62,475 bases of DNA, filler included, from Platydemus manokwari (GCA_037951405.1; 5 parts of 5 records of this genome joined end to end with filler, not necessarily neighbours in it), one strand, 5' to 3'; counted from the first letter of the whole stretch, positions 13,627-29,000 are shown. A program made the numbers and translations. The notes: generated by a model not told the origin, from the letters alone.

Positions 13627-15279
13627 ATGAATTTCAAGCACTGAATTCAACAGATTCCTCAAACAAATTTAAAACTAAAGTTGGAACACAAAGCTTGGAT
13701 GTTTGGAGAATATAATTAATGATTTCATATCTCATTCGACAAGATTAATAATTTGTGATAATTAACATTGGAAAATTTATTCACATATATTTGTCAATTG
13801 TTGAAGTATTTTATCGATTTTAAGTGATTTATTGTTATTTCAAGGTTTTAAAATTGTTTCGCTCCAAATATAGCTTGGCGAAATCACAATAAAGCAGTAA
13901 TATAAAAAGATATCAAAATTGATTCACCTACCCATCACAGAATAAACCATCAGTTGTAATCAGTATCCAACATGGTGTAGAAGTTGAGTGATCAACTTTA
14001 AATAATAATTTTACAAATATTTTATTCCTTAATAAAATCATAAATTTTTAACTGGAAAAAACAATCGACGTGATATGACAATCATTATTTCCATTTCAAT
14101 GAATATTTTCTCAGTTATCGAATAAATACAACAATAAACAGATGTTGTAGACACCAGTGTTAATGATCCAGAAACTCAGGCAGGAACAAACACAATCCGG
14201 AATGATCGTAAAATTATGTAATTTCTAAGGATAAAATAAAGTTGTTCCACATGTGTAAGTTTTTAAAGGTGATTTACTAAAGCTTATAAGAAAGTAGACA
14301 TTGTTTAGTCGGAAATAACATTATGTAGAAATTAAGTTTAGAATATAAAACGCAGTAATTAATAAAATGAAGTCATAATTATAATTAGACAATATCAATA
14401 AAATCAATTCAATGCTATTGATGTTTACAAAATATGCTTGATAAGATTAACAAACAATATCTCTCGCCTATAACATGAATTTCAATAAACAATTTCAAAT
14501 GCCGCTGTTGCGATGCAAGCTGCTAACTGGTTTATTGGAAAGGTTGATCGAAATGTCAAAAGAAAATTAATTTGGTAATGCAAAAATGAAACTTGTTTCA
14601 ATATTGAATCTAATTGTTCAAACAAATATATTGTTGAATCAAAATAGATTCTATATCAGTATTTTGACGAAGGTATTAATGAATATTGTGTATGGGATTG
14701 AATACAATAACAAATAAATGAGGAAAGCTTAAGGAAATCAATTAATTTAATAATTTGAACACCGTAAATAAATCAGAAGTGAAATTATATTTTCCAGCTT
14801 ATTTAAAATTAAATGAAAAATTTCAATATGTTTTTGAATATATTATTTAGTGTTTATAATTCTGTTTAAATTATTAATGACAATAATAATTTTTCTGAAT
14901 ATGATGATCAAATATATAAAATACCACCCGATACTACAGAATTTAATAATATTAATAATTACTTTCAAGAAATTGTTGATGTTTATTAAATTAATGATAT
15001 TCATCAAGATGAAAGTTAATAAACATAAATTTTATAATAAAAGCAACAATAAAATGAAAATTTTCTAACAAAATAAAAAATTAAATTAATTACTTTAGGA
15101 TCTGCTTTATGGTTTGAAAACAATAAAGTTGATGAATAAGGAAATAATTTATGTGTAATATCAAAGATATTAAAACTATAAATTTTGAATGTTTAATTGT
15201 AAATGATAGTAAGTTTTTATACAAAAAGCGAATGTATCTGTCAGATTATATTTAAAAATATTAATGAAATTTTGTTTTG

Positions 15280-16259
15280 TGGGTTGTGATTATTTTATCT
15301 GGTTCTAATGAGGGCTTCAATAGCTCATATGTAGTACACTGCGCAAGCAGATAATTAAGTGATTCACAAAATACCGGGTACCGGAAGGAGATTAGGAGAA
15401 GCGATGACACCAATTAATAGTAATTAATATTAATTAATTATTGATAACTTATGCAATAAAAGGAATAATAAGGATCAACGGCTAAGCTTACAATTACAGA
15501 TGATAGCGGTTTATACCTCTTTCTCTTTGATTAAAACCGATTACCAAAGATGTTTTTGAGCACAGCTTTATAATAATATGATAGACGATACGTACTATAA
15601 GTTCAAATCAGTTTGTTACAAAACAATCTAACTCACTACTTGAAATGGCAATATGGTATTGGTATGTTCTGTCGTCGAGCAAATATTCTACAAAATTCGC
15701 TGGATTCGGCTTAATAGTGAAGTTTCCGCACTATGTAATCTAGTGGTTTTGATGGGCGAGTTCTGGTGTTTCAAACTCCTATTTATACGGTTTTTATTCG
15801 TCACACTTAAATGCTAAAAATCGCTACATGATATTTAAATTCCCCGAGGATTTCCCAAATATTAACTATTATTTTCTTTTAACTATGAAATTTTATTGCC
15901 AAGGATATTGAGAATTTATTATTAATAATATTTAAACTCTTTCCCTTAAATATTATTCCCCTTAATATTATTTTTATTCTATTATAATTTATCCTTTTGA
16001 TGCCATTCCAAGTAAACTTCATATAAATTATCGATATATTATTTTTTTAATAATTAATATTTTTCATTAAATATTAACCCTTCATCTGGAATTCATGAAC
16101 AAAATTGATACAATCGACAACATGACAAATGTATCGAAAAATGATTAATACATCACCTTAATATTCGTCGATGCTACTTAAAATACGTTGATACATTTCA
16201 ATGTATCGAACCTGACTTTTAACAGTGACCATAAGAACTGTTACATGATTTTTGTTACA
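15280..16259 (-). mobile_element. LTR-like family B, diverged copy; boundaries approximate
   Basis: Shares ggatcaacg, tagacgat and a TTGTTACA end with the copies at 32931-33832 and 50010-50668. Minus-strand TATAAATAGG at ~15779-15788. Confidence 0.35.
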
Positions 16260-16453
16260 TATCCTAATTAACGCTATTATTATAAACTTTTACAACATTC
16301 ATAAAACTTGGTTTGAATTACCTTTATACATTAATATGATTTACTAAAATTATACATTTATAAACAGCTTAATTACTTCTATACGTTTATATGAATTACT
16401 AGAGATAAGACACAGATATAAAATAAATAAGAAAAGTATTATTCACACAAAAT

Positions 16454-17133
16454 TGTTAAAGTTTCAATGTTATTTTTTTACTTGGCCCAATCCCCGGCAA
16501 ATTTAGTAATAAAATTTCTAAGGTTAGATAAATTATTAGATAAGAATTTTTAAGGTTTAGGACTTTTAAAATAATAAACATTAAGGGTCCAAGGTAAAAA
16601 CATGACTTGAAATTTACAAATGTGATGGAAATTCCTAGGTGCAAAGTACCGAATCTCAGCATCTATATAAGCTAATGGATTTCCATCACAATTCACTCTT
16701 TGAAATCTCGATAGTGGACCTTTAGAAGGGACTTGTAGAGAAAAGATTAATCGCTCATACAGGAATTGAAACTTTTGAGAAACTTGTAGTTGATAAAGAA
16801 ACGAAAAGGAACCAACTAAATATTTTTATTTAAATTGAAAATTAAATATAACCGTACTCTAAAGGATCCCCTTTGGGAATATTAATAAAATGTATAGCAA
16901 ATTTATTAAGATACTCTCTTTTTGGGTTCTCCCGCTCTCTGTGAGATAACCTCACCAACTTGTTTAAATTTACTGTGAGCTAAACGTGTGTATTAAATTG
17001 TTTGTTGTCATATATAAATTGTTTAATAAAACTTTAATAAGTTTGATTGTTTTATCTTTTTCTACAAACATTTAAATATAAAGCAAGTGAACTGTCGAGT
17101 TGACCCAACAACTTTTAACATCACAACCCAACA
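16454..17133 (+). mobile_element. LTR-like family A (solo-LTR-like)
   Basis: Conserved core cagcatctatataagctaatggatttccatcacaattcactct, AATAAA, and terminal ...acaacccAACA. Homologous to 58320-58937, 44884-45916, 36392-36961 (-) and 34075-34295 (-). 5' boundary approximate. Confidence 0.65.
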
Positions 17134-18339
17134 ATACCTATATTTCTAGCCTGTTCAACTAGAGATTAAAATCAAATTATAAAATCTCAAAATCATCCAC
17201 ACAAATCGAGCTCAGTGGTTACGAGGACCTTAGTCCTAGCCACTAATAAAATATTCTGAGGAATCTTACGGGCATAGCCATAAGAAACCTATTGTACTAT
17301 TATTCTATCTTAACAGAATCCCTCATCAGAAATCGATCAAATTATCAAAATATATTCCCAACATGGAACAACCTGGTTATTTGCTGGATTTTATGATATT
17401 AATTAATTATTAGATTATTAATTGTTGTATTCAATTGAACCAGTGTAATTATTTTAAAATCCCAAATATGCTAATGTATGCATTATGTCAGATACTAATC
17501 ATATTTAAAATCAATTAATTAAATAACTTACACAAATTCTTTGACTGTTTGTGATTAAATGAAACTCTTAAGGAGTCACATGGATTCGCCAACGAAAATA
17601 TGTTGCAATCTGGAATTTCTCTAATTTTTGGCATAGGATTTATATTACTACTAACTTGTATATTGTTAACCTGTGTTTTATTTCTCATATCACAATGATA
17701 ATAATGTAACATTTATACTTACCAAATCATCAGCCCATAATAATAACTTTCAATTGTCTAAATAATATTACGACATTATTGTTTTTTGCGTCCTTTTGTG
17801 CCCTTTCATTAGATTATTATAGCACTTTATTTAAATATTTACCTATCTAGGTTCTCACAAACTTTATAGTAGTTTATCTTTTACATTAATTTTTCATTTT
17901 CTTCGTTAATTACTTTTAGTAAAATAACTTATAAATTTCCTTAATTAGGAACTTCAAATGAAAGTTTTATATAAAGTGCTAAGTATCATTAATTTTAGAT
18001 AAATAAAAAATCTTTTTAGGAATTATATCGTCGTTACCAAAATCAGGAACATTATTTTATTAATACGAAGGGTTCCTGATGCATTTTGCTAAATTCATTA
18101 TTATACGGGTTCAATAATACTAAAAAAAATTTTTACATAAGTAAATTTATTTACAATTATTTAAAATAATTTTTAAAATTGTAAAAATTATTTATTTGGC
18201 CATTCAATTTTTGTAATTTGAAAAAGATGTTTAAATTAATTTTATTACTTTACATTAAATTATGATTTCTTAATAGCACAATAGCCTAATAATGTCTTCA
18301 CCTGTGTTTTAATAATCATCTTTTGATTGATTTTCTGAA

Positions 18340-18968
18340 ATGAATGATATAAAGACTGATAATTATTCAATTACAAATAGTCCTGATATTTCACTTCGTG
18401 AAATTTATATTGGCGAGGATTCAAATATTAGTCTACCTCAAGTAAAAATATATTAGCATACCTCAATATAATATAATTACAGAGTGAATCTATTAATACA
18501 ATCGATAATGAAACTTCGCGAAAAAGTAAAAAATCTGAATCAGTAAAAAACATAAGATTAAGTAACAGAATAGTCCCGACACCGGAAATTTTAGTTGATG
18601 ATATTTTTGAATACCGCTGGCCTCCTGATGATGCAGATGGTGTTGTACCTTTTAGAAGCAATGAAAAGGATTCTGCAGATTGGTTTGTAATCCAGGAAGT
18701 AGTATCGAGTCTACTACAAATTAAGTCTTTTAAAAGAAAATATCCCGATTTATTTAGAAGATTAGTTGATGGCTGGGAAAAGGACTGGCTTTTGAAAAAG
18801 AATATGGTGCCGAGGCCTATTGCAGATTTGGGGCTAACCGCATTAAGATCTGATGAAGTCCTTGCATTACTGGAGAAAGATTATCCAGAAATGCATTCAC
18901 ATGTTTTCAGAATTTTTCAAGAGAGAAAACTGCAGTGGCTTGCCGAGCAACAAAAAGAACAATATCAG
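18340..18968 (+). CDS. PHF10: PHD finger protein 10 (BAF45a/SAYP) homolog, 5' partial
   Basis: Exons 18340-18441 and 18483-18968 with a 41-nt GT-AG phase-0 intron. Spliced frame encodes FEYRWPPD...WFVIQEVVSSLLQIKSFKRKYPDLFRR...LGLTALRSDEVLALLEKDYP, the SAY-domain signature. Donor gttagt at 18969; no further exon found before the spacer. Confidence 0.9.
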
Positions 18969-19733
18969 GTTAGTTTTATACAAATATATTCAATTCCAAG
19001 CATATTGGAAATTTATGATCAATGGAGTTGTAAGTTATGACTAAATTTATATGAATAATTTAATTATAAAAAGATTTTGTAATATGAAAGTGGTATTGGT
19101 ATACATACTAAATATGTCAGTGAATATGTTAGTATAGATAATAATTCTTATTCGGGGTTTTAAAATTTAATATACTTGAATATTTGTTAAATTTCTAATT
19201 GTGATTTTTAACTTCTTGACTTAATTCCACATAGTGCTTTTTTAAATTAAAAATACAAATAAACATAATTTATATGCACTCTCGTGGAATATAAAATTTA
19301 AATAAAATTAGAAATGCCTATTTAAATGAGTTGAATATGCTCCTAAATCACTAATTCTATAGTTTTAAATTCAACTCGAATGATATGCGAATTTTTCATT
19401 GAAAACATACACATTGAACTTGATTGGTTTCTTATTTATAATTATTTTTATTGATAATTAAGATTTTGATTAAATAACATTAAATATGTAATATTTTATT
19501 TAAATTTATAGATTATAAGTTTTAGAAATATTCCGCAAAATTTTCCATTGAAGCTGATCTTCAGGTAGTAAGTAGGTGTATGTCCAAAATCTCTTTCATT
19601 ATTTAAAATTTCTTATTTAAACGCATAAAAACTAATTTCAGAGGCAAAACCAAGGATAGGGTCAAAGTTTTTTTAATAAAACAGAAGAAAGTAAAATATA
19701 TTAAATCAAACATCGACTTTTTAAATATTAATG

Positions 19734-19833
19734 NNNNNNNNNNNNNNNNNNNNNNNNNNNNNNNNNNNNNNNNNNNNTTAATTAATTAANNNNNNNNNNN
19801 NNNNNNNNNNNNNNNNNNNNNNNNNNNNNNNNN
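19734..19833. other. Artificial contig spacer
   Basis: 44N-TTAATTAATTAA-44N. Confidence 0.98.
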
Positions 19834-19844
19834 AATAATAATGA

Positions 19845-19910
<66 letters not shown>
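19834..19910. repeat. (AAT)n microsatellite at contig end
   Basis: About 25 AAT units; likely cause of the assembly break. Confidence 0.95.
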
Positions 19911-19912
<2 letters not shown>

Positions 19913-22900
19913 GGTTGTAGTAATATAATTTATATGCAACCTCGAATTCTTACAAATGGAGCATTCCATAAGTGATATGTTAATAGGACAATGATCGGTA
20001 TGTACAATAACTTGACTGGAAATATGATATGACAGCTATACTTGACATATTTATAACTCCTTATGGTAGCCGTCTAAATCTATAAAGAGGAATAACTACT
20101 GTCTGTCATATAATGAACGATTGTTTAAAAATTTTCAAATTGTTACAACAAATCAATCGAGATTGTGTTATTACGGAACACACTGATGTAGTGTTCTGAT
20201 TTCATTGTCCGATTATGTTATTCAAGCTTTTTTACATAATAATAATAATAACCCTGGAACAAAAAAATCATTAAAATTCATATATCGTATTGAAATTCAT
20301 TTCCAACACTTTCATTGGCTGTTGAACAGCCCTATATCTCGTTGAAATTTCTTCCCTACTTGTTCAACATTACTTATACTCCTTTACTAAAAATGAAAAA
20401 CTATCTGTTCTTTTGGAAAGAACTTTAATAGTTGAATTTAAATTAGTTATAAAAATATCCAGATCAATTTGAAAGTGTTATAGAAATCAATGTTTGAAGA
20501 ATTTTCAGTTCAGTAAAAATTATAATGTGAATTTTATGTCATCCCCCCATTGAATGAATTTTATATTTAATGAAATGGAACATTTCTTAGATATTCTTTT
20601 GTAAATCGATTGCTTGTTTTTGCTAACCAAATTTATATTCGTCATCGATCTGGTTACTTTTGAAAATGATTCATATTAGTATAATTTCTAAAAAATCATT
20701 TAAAGTGGTCATATAGTTTATAAAGAATATATGTATAGTTAGATCGTTTAACAAATCATAAACACGAAAAAATTAATTGATCGATCACATTTATCTATGA
20801 TAAAAATAATCAATCGTTTTAAGATTGTTCCAAAATTTAGACAAATGAATGAATCATATGATATCCAGTAACCAATCGAAATCAAGGTCACTATTTCTAT
20901 ACTGTTGACAAACGTCTTTGTATATATGATTGTCTATAAATCAGAAACAAGTATTGGGAACACAAACAATTAAATCTGGTATTGAAATTGACATGAACTT
21001 GAATCGATTAATATTTTCAAATGAGGATTATTGAATATTCTCTACCCCAAAATTCAAATTGATATTTGGTCTTGGTTATTGATTTATTATTTAATCCAAA
21101 TTAGACGAGCGCTGTAAATTTTAGTCGTGATTAATTGCATTGATATGCGCAAATTGAATTTTGCACTGTTGTTTTGTTTTTGTTAATTTTATCCTGACTG
21201 AGTGTAAATGTTTACATTGATTCGGGTAGTGAAAAATGATATAATCGACTTTGAACTAATTCGTTCAATTATAAAAAATTCTTTTCGAAAATACGTTGAA
21301 AGCTTCGAATCATATTTTATAATATTTTTGAAATAATGCGCCTAAAGTTTTGATAATTGCAAACCTTATTATTAGATTATTTTATACAATAGAATCCAAG
21401 CTAAATGACAGAAAATCAATAAAATTCAATTATCGAGTCGAACAGACTTCAGACAATTTCAAATAAACTTTTCGATAAGGCATTAACCGAAATGTATAAA
21501 TATCTCGTATAAACGTTGTATTTGAAAACACCGTCATGAAAATTTAACTCAATATTCATATTGATTGAAAGCCTTATTTTGAATAAGAAATAATTCGTAA
21601 GCTATGAATTAAATTTTCCAAGTGATATACTCAATATTTTTCGGTTACAGATTTTAGTTGTCTGCTTAAGAATCAAAGTTAAAAACAGAGATAATGGAAA
21701 ACTGTGACAACTTAAGAACAAGCCGGATTTTTTGAAAAATCTGTGTTTCTAAGATCTTAGCATCCAACATTAAGCGCTTGTGTACGAGGCTTTAAAGTTT
21801 ATAAAACTTGTTTATAAAACTATGGCTGCGAATTCAGAGATGAAAAAGTACCGACTTCTAGTTACATGGTAAAAAAAAATCGATTCATTAAAGTTATCAA
21901 TTATCATTGCATTTCAGTGACAATCTATTTAATTAACTTGTTAATTGAATTTGTTATTGATTTATTTGGTAATATTTCGTTTAATTTTGCTGTTTGATAA
22001 TAATCATTAATGGCAGATACTATCAGTATCTGTGCATTATTGATTGATGATATGTGAAACAAAAGTAGGTAGCTTTGCTAGACTGAAAAATTAAAAATCA
22101 ATAAAAAATCGTGAATTACAATAATTATGTAAATTTTTTGATTAAATTTATTTGGATACGTTTGGTAGTGGGTATAATAAATCGGTCCAATATCTTCTAG
22201 TGAATTTATGGATGGGCAAAGAAAGAGCGGAAAAGTCTTATTGTCGTTTTCACTTTAAGTATCATTTTTATATACCTTTTAATATATTAAACTTATAAAT
22301 CAAAAATCAAAGAAATCGATAATAATAATTGACTAAAATTATTATTACAAAATATATATTGATTAATATTATTAACTATAAATGATTGTTACCAACTGCA
22401 ACTGGTTTGTACCAAACTGAGTTGTTACGTGAAGATTATGAATAAAGCTTAATCCTATGGATCGATTGTTATTAAAATGAAATGATAATAATCGATAACT
22501 TGTAGGTTCTAATTAATTGAGCTAAATTTTTATATTTAACTGGTACTCAGTATTTTAAAACCGACTTTACAGCTTTGTACATAATAATATTGATTTGGAC
22601 TCGTCGCCAATAGCTTGAAATTGAATGACTTATATTGATGAAATTTGTTTTCTATCCTTTGCATGAAAAGTCAAACTCATCAACAATAAAACATTAATAA
22701 TGTAAACGAATTATAAACATATTCGAAAGTTATTAACATCCTATCGAAAAATTGAAAAAATAATAAATACATTTTCAATACAGCTGATAATTCTGCGAGT
22801 AAATATTATAGATTATAACAATAAATTATTTTTATCTATAAGTGAGACAAATTAATTTTTTATAATTGCATTGTCAAGTCGATTTGAAATGTGCATTGAT

Positions 22901-23033
22901 GGAATTTCGGTAATTGATATACTCTGGTGTCTGGTTTATGAGTTGAAAATCACATATAGATTTCATTATTATAAATTCTATTTATTTAATTTTAAATCCC
23001 TATATTCACAGAATATATTTATCATTGTCACAG

Positions 23034-26000
23034 GTGGATATTGTTAGGATGTGCATCATTGAGTTCATTGATCGCACCGACAAACCGCTTTATCACTTGG
23101 AGCACTTCATTGAAGGCAATTATATAAAATATAATTCAAATTCCGGATTCGTAGATGAACATACTAGAAACACTCCTCAAGTAACCATTTCGATCAGAAC
23201 TAGACATTTAAGACATCGAATCATTAGGCATTTAGTCATTATACATTCGAAAGATCGGGTCATGAATTGATTGTTGTTGATATACAAGGTGTTGGTGACC
23301 TGTATACGGATCCACAGATTCATACTGCTTGCAAAAATGGTTATGGAAACGGGAATTTGGGACCACGTGGCATGGCTTTATTTTTCCATTCACACAAATG
23401 CAATAATGTGTGCGAAGCCCTTGGATTGGCAAAGTTTGATTTATCTCCATCGGAGAAGAAAAAATTACAAAATTCTCGACTTTCAAGTGTGAGTTTCGAT
23501 TATATTTGAATGATTTCGATACCATTTTAATAAATTTAAACATGATTATTTGATAAAAATTTATTATTTAATGGACATCAATCAATAAGATAAAAATATT
23601 ATTTCTGTTCTCAATCATTTTAATTAATAAAATTCGTCGATGATAATAATTTTAAATCCAGAAAACCCATGACTAAAAATCAATTTTAAGACAAGAAAAA
23701 AGTCTTCGAGATTACCAATAAAATGAAAATAACTTTTATTGTATTTGAAAAATTATTAAAAAATAATTTTACGGAAATTAGGATCGATTGTTGAAGCATT
23801 TTTGTGAAAATCAAGTGGACAGAAAATTCAGGTAATTAGATAATCCCACTTTTGAACAACACACGTCATCATAAACAACTAAATGTGGAAGGGTCAGGAT
23901 GAGAAAGACAATATAATGAATTTTATCATTACATGTAAGCAGCGGCATGATGGTAAACCTGAATGAATACTACTGTATAGCATTGAGTAGAATATAAACC
24001 GCAGAGATTGTTGTGCAGTATCTGTACTTTGTAAATTATCGTACCAGATATGGTGTAGTGTTATGATGATCAGATGTAGTTTCTAAGCTGATCGATAAAT
24101 TTTGTATGACATTTTATTCTATTTCTTTTTTGATAAATAACTTTGGTCAATGATATCTTGTGTTCACGTGAGACCTGTTATTGTAAGATGTTTTAGTACA
24201 AATATTTTTTAGCACCCTACATAAGTATTTAAAAATGTAGTGGCGCACGATTTAAATAAGGAGTCAGATAAGCCCAAGAAGAGCGCTAGTTAGGGTTATT
24301 AGATAACAATGATCCATTATTATCACTTATAAGTACTGAGTCGTTATATCAATTCATTTTCATTTAGATTTCTTCTGATACTGTTGCTATAGTTCAAAAA
24401 ACACCATTTAAATCGTTGCGAAGTAGCAAGCCGTCAAATAATTTGGAAAGTGCTTTGATCGATATGTTAGAAGAACATCTGAATGAAGATTTCAATGATC
24501 CCATTGATGATTTGACCGAACATGGAATTGAACAAAGAAATGATTCACACAAATTTCTTATCTCGTCTCCTGATTCTGGATTTGACAACGATGAAGATAT
24601 TTGCCTGAATATAGCAGACGATTTTTCCAATTTTGATAATCCATGTGATAAAAGGAAAAAACGGTCGCATTTTAGTTACGATAGTTCGAATTCCTACGAA
24701 ACGAGAAAGGTTATATTCTAATTGATATAAGTATATTGATTTCCTCATTTTTCTTGAATTCTTATTGCTAACAATGCTGGACATTTTTAAAACATTCGAC
24801 CAAGACCTAAATAATTATGACGCATTTATTTTTACGTCATTATTAGAGTTGGTATTATTTAGGATATTATTTATTACAGCCAATCATCATTTGTTTTGAT
24901 TGTGCCGAAATATATCTGAATTCATATTCTAAAACGAAATAGTATGGAACAAAAAATACAACATTTTATAGCCATTGTAAGCCGCTACGTTTTTTTAAAC
25001 CACGCATCGAAAACGAAATGAAAAGACACGGTAGCCAATTATATTTAAATCCAATTATTTAAACAAATCAATTTGATTTTATGCAAAATTATATCTTTGA
25101 AAATTTTAATTCAATTTAAAATGCTCAGAAATAAAATAATAAATCGATAAATTGATTTACTTTATTGAATGATGAGATTATCAATATGATATTGGTTAAA
25201 TAAATTTGACGTTAATATGAGCCAAACATGCAATGCTTTCACGGGTAAAAATACCTTGTTAAATATTGATTCTGTTTCTATAGTTTCCGTTATATCTTAA
25301 TTTCCTATTATATCTTAAAAGATTTTAGATTTTAATTTAGAAACATGAACTCTACATCCATGTTCCATTTTCTTAATTTCATTTGCTCAATAGTTTTGTT
25401 TAAAAATAAAGATCTGAAAATATTGTCTCAAAAGTGATCCAGTACCATAAGTACATTTCATGTCTTGTTTTAAATCATTAATCTTAGATTACCACATGAC
25501 TTCATGTGGTTGTGTTGGAAACACAATATTATTTTTCAGAACTCATTTTTGTCTAATTCGAATCTTTATATTTTAAATTCCTTATTAAATGTTATTATTG
25601 AAATATCCATGTGTTTTCTGATATCTATTTATGGATGATTTAATCTGAAATACCTTGTTCAACGGATCTTTATACAATACCATTACCCTTCAAAAATATC
25701 ATTTGTACTCAATCAAAGACGCTCATTCTCTTACCAATATTATCGACAATGTATATGATTCCATTGACAAATGACCGAGATCTTCTAATCAATTCAATTT
25801 TCCTCAATTATAACGATTTCAATTACTTATCCCATTACTTTTTTATGAATTCTTTTAGTAAATTTGGGCCAACACTATTTCTGGTGTGCTATGTTGAAAT
25901 ATTCTATTCGTAAAACCAATTTTAAAAATTAAAATTATAACGATATTTTTTAAAAATGATAAAAATATTTTATGTAGCACCATAAATATACAAGCAAAAT

Positions 26001-29000
26001 CTTTATCTCAACAGCAAATTTGCTGGAAGTTGTTGTGTTATTTTTATTTGGTCTGATTATTTTTGTTCGCTCTTAGATATCTTTTTCCGGGTGTGTAGAA
26101 ATTAGCGGTGTTTCATGTGGATTTACCTGAAATATGGTTTAGTTAGAAATTAGGGTTTTACTAACTTTTGTAAATAGAACAAACAAGACAAATCAATTAA
26201 TGATTATCAATATATTGATTTTTAGAGTGCCACTCAAAATTTAATTCAATTCAGAATTGTTTAGTTATACGGGTTCCGTTGTTAGGTTAGGATCTTTATA
26301 ATGATTAGTGTAAATCATGTTAGAGATTTAGAATATTTTCAATATTGGATTTGAGAATAGAAAGTAGATTTAATTAAAAATTTTTGAAATAAATTTCCTT
26401 ATTAAAATTTTTTAATTTAATTTTTATTTTTAATTTTTATTTTAATTTAATTTCCTTATTCGACTGATAATTTATTTAAACGTGCTGGAATATAAATTTT
26501 AAAATTGAATGATGTATTCAATAGCAGCTGGAATTATTTCTGATTTATAATTAAAAATAAATCTAACACGATTTCGATTAACATTTAATCCTTCTTCGAG
26601 TAAACGCTATAATTCTCACCAGCTGCATAAAGCAATATACAAACCATTGAAAATTTCCCGATAGCTTCAACTGAATGATCTATCAGCTAACTATTTACAC
26701 CGTTTGAAATATTCTCCTTTGATTTAAATTAAAATCAAACAATTCTTAAAATAAATAAATATATCAGAATATCAAATTTTATACTTTTTGCATTTTCTGA
26801 CCTCATCAAAACTAATTATTTGGTGGAAAGGTGTCTTAACTGAAATGTTAATTCTTGTGAGGATATCTTTTATTTTAAGTTTTTTTCAAGAAAATCTAAT
26901 CAATTTATAAGAGTTAAATCTTTAATATTGAAAATAACTTGAAAATTAAATCTACAAAATTCTTATTTTATGGTTTCAATCCCAGTCATTTGATTCGTCA
27001 CATCAAAATTAAAAATTTAAAAAAAATTAATATTTAATACAATATTATAAAATACAACAATCTTCATCGTTAGCAATAGCACATTGTTTTTGATTTCCAA
27101 TGAAGTTTAATATTATATTTCTTTAATCTCGAAGGTTTGGGTAATTCTTTCTTGTTTCTTCGAGCAGTTCCAACTAAGATAATCAATTACGATTATCAAT
27201 TAGTAGATCAACTACCAATTATAATATTTCTTCCGCGTTTGTAAATGGTTCATTTAAAGGTAGTCTGGACTATTATTTTTCCAAATATGAGAATCTACTT
27301 TAAAATTCCTATCAGAATTATATGCCTTACGTTTGTTTAATAAAATAGTAAAGAAAAGTTTGAATTTTTACAAAGAAGTTTATAGCAAATTTAATTCAGC
27401 TTTAACTACTTTTTTCAAGAACTCAAAAAATAATTAGAAAGTCTGTCGATTGTTTTCCCATATCCCATGACGATTAAATATTCAAATTTATATCTTCGTA
27501 TGCTTCTCGTACATTTTAAATTTCGTCAAAAGCATCAAATTCGATGACTGTTAATCAGTTCAGATTCGTATTCCATCCAGTTTTTATGTGGTTCAAAAGT
27601 CTAAGAAATTGCGCTCTTTATTTTTATATATTACGAATCGGATATCATCTTTATAAAATTTGAAATTCTATTTATCTCCGTACTTTGAATATATATATAT
27701 ATATTTAAATAGGACGAAGAATTACTAAACTACATGAAGACTAATCATGTTCATAGACCAAGTTGTGCTATATCAGTAGATATGAATTCTTTGAAAATGG
27801 GAGAATCAATTTTGGGAGAAGTAATTATTTTTATAATATTATTATAATTACTATCATGATATTTGGCTCTGTTGTCACAATAATTGGACAATTCCAAATT
27901 ATTATTTATAAATATCAATAATATAACTATGTATTAATATATTTTTATTATTTTATTTGATAATATTATTTATAAAAATTCGACAATTAGTTAATCAATA
28001 TTTTACGTAAAAATTGTACGAAGTTGAGCAGAATGTTTTGTTTACATCAAATAAAAGACACGACTTTGTGTACGAAAATCGAAATGATATTGGTTTTAAA
28101 GAAACTCCCATAAATAAATCTCATTGATTATGAACAGCATATTATGGTAAAATAAATTATTTGAGAAAATAATCGTTTTTAACACCTAAAAATTCTATTA
28201 CAATAGATTAGAATTGTTCTTGATCTAACTGTATTGAACTAAAAATATCTTGGGTGATTACAGTGGGATTTCATTAACGCATTTGATATCTTGAAATGAG
28301 AAGGAAGGAATATTTTTAATATCGCCTGCATTTCTCTAGATAAGTACGACTCTAAATCAATAAAAATTGCGAAGGTTTTTCCCAATAAATACCTCAAATA
28401 AAATGAGACCAAAAAATTATTCTCTGACACACACACATTTATATATTCCATTAATCAATAAAATTTATCTTAGCTATTTATAAAAAAAAGATTGTCCATT
28501 TAATATTGATAAAATGAAAAATTCACGTGTTTAGTCTAATGATCTATGTTTGTATCTTTGTTTAAAGAAGACTTTCTAAATTTATTTAATTATCTTGGTA
28601 TATTTTTGATCTTGTCCTTTATGGATGTCAGCGTATTATTTTTAAATTGGTTTAAATATTAATTTAATGTTGAAAATTGTCATTGAGATCGTCATATTCA
28701 ATTTTAAACCAGCGGTTTTTGCAAATATAAAACATTTGTTCAAGATTCAGAGAATGCAATTTTTCATTGTTAACAAATAAAAGGATTCTTTGTATTATAT
28801 TCTACCGGTTCTAAAATAATTTGAATACGCTAATCTCCTGTATTTGATCGAATATTATCCTGAAATTAGTTTAAATCAAAATGTGTTTATCACTTGTCGC
28901 TATAATTATTCATTTGTATTCGATATGTTTAAATGTTTAAGACAAGTTGGATAATAATTAGGAAATTGGTGGCGATTCTTCATTTACATTCACGCACACA

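Noticed and set aside
14480-14620. Cys-rich fragment (KCRCCDASC...LIW*CKNETC) resembling a Merlin/IS1595 zinc ribbon
   Set aside because: Too short and degenerate; no catalytic DDE region or TIRs found.
17256-17300. CTGAGGA...GAAA hammerhead candidate
   Set aside because: The hairpin sequesters the GA of GAAA, and no stem III or cleavage triplet can be formed.
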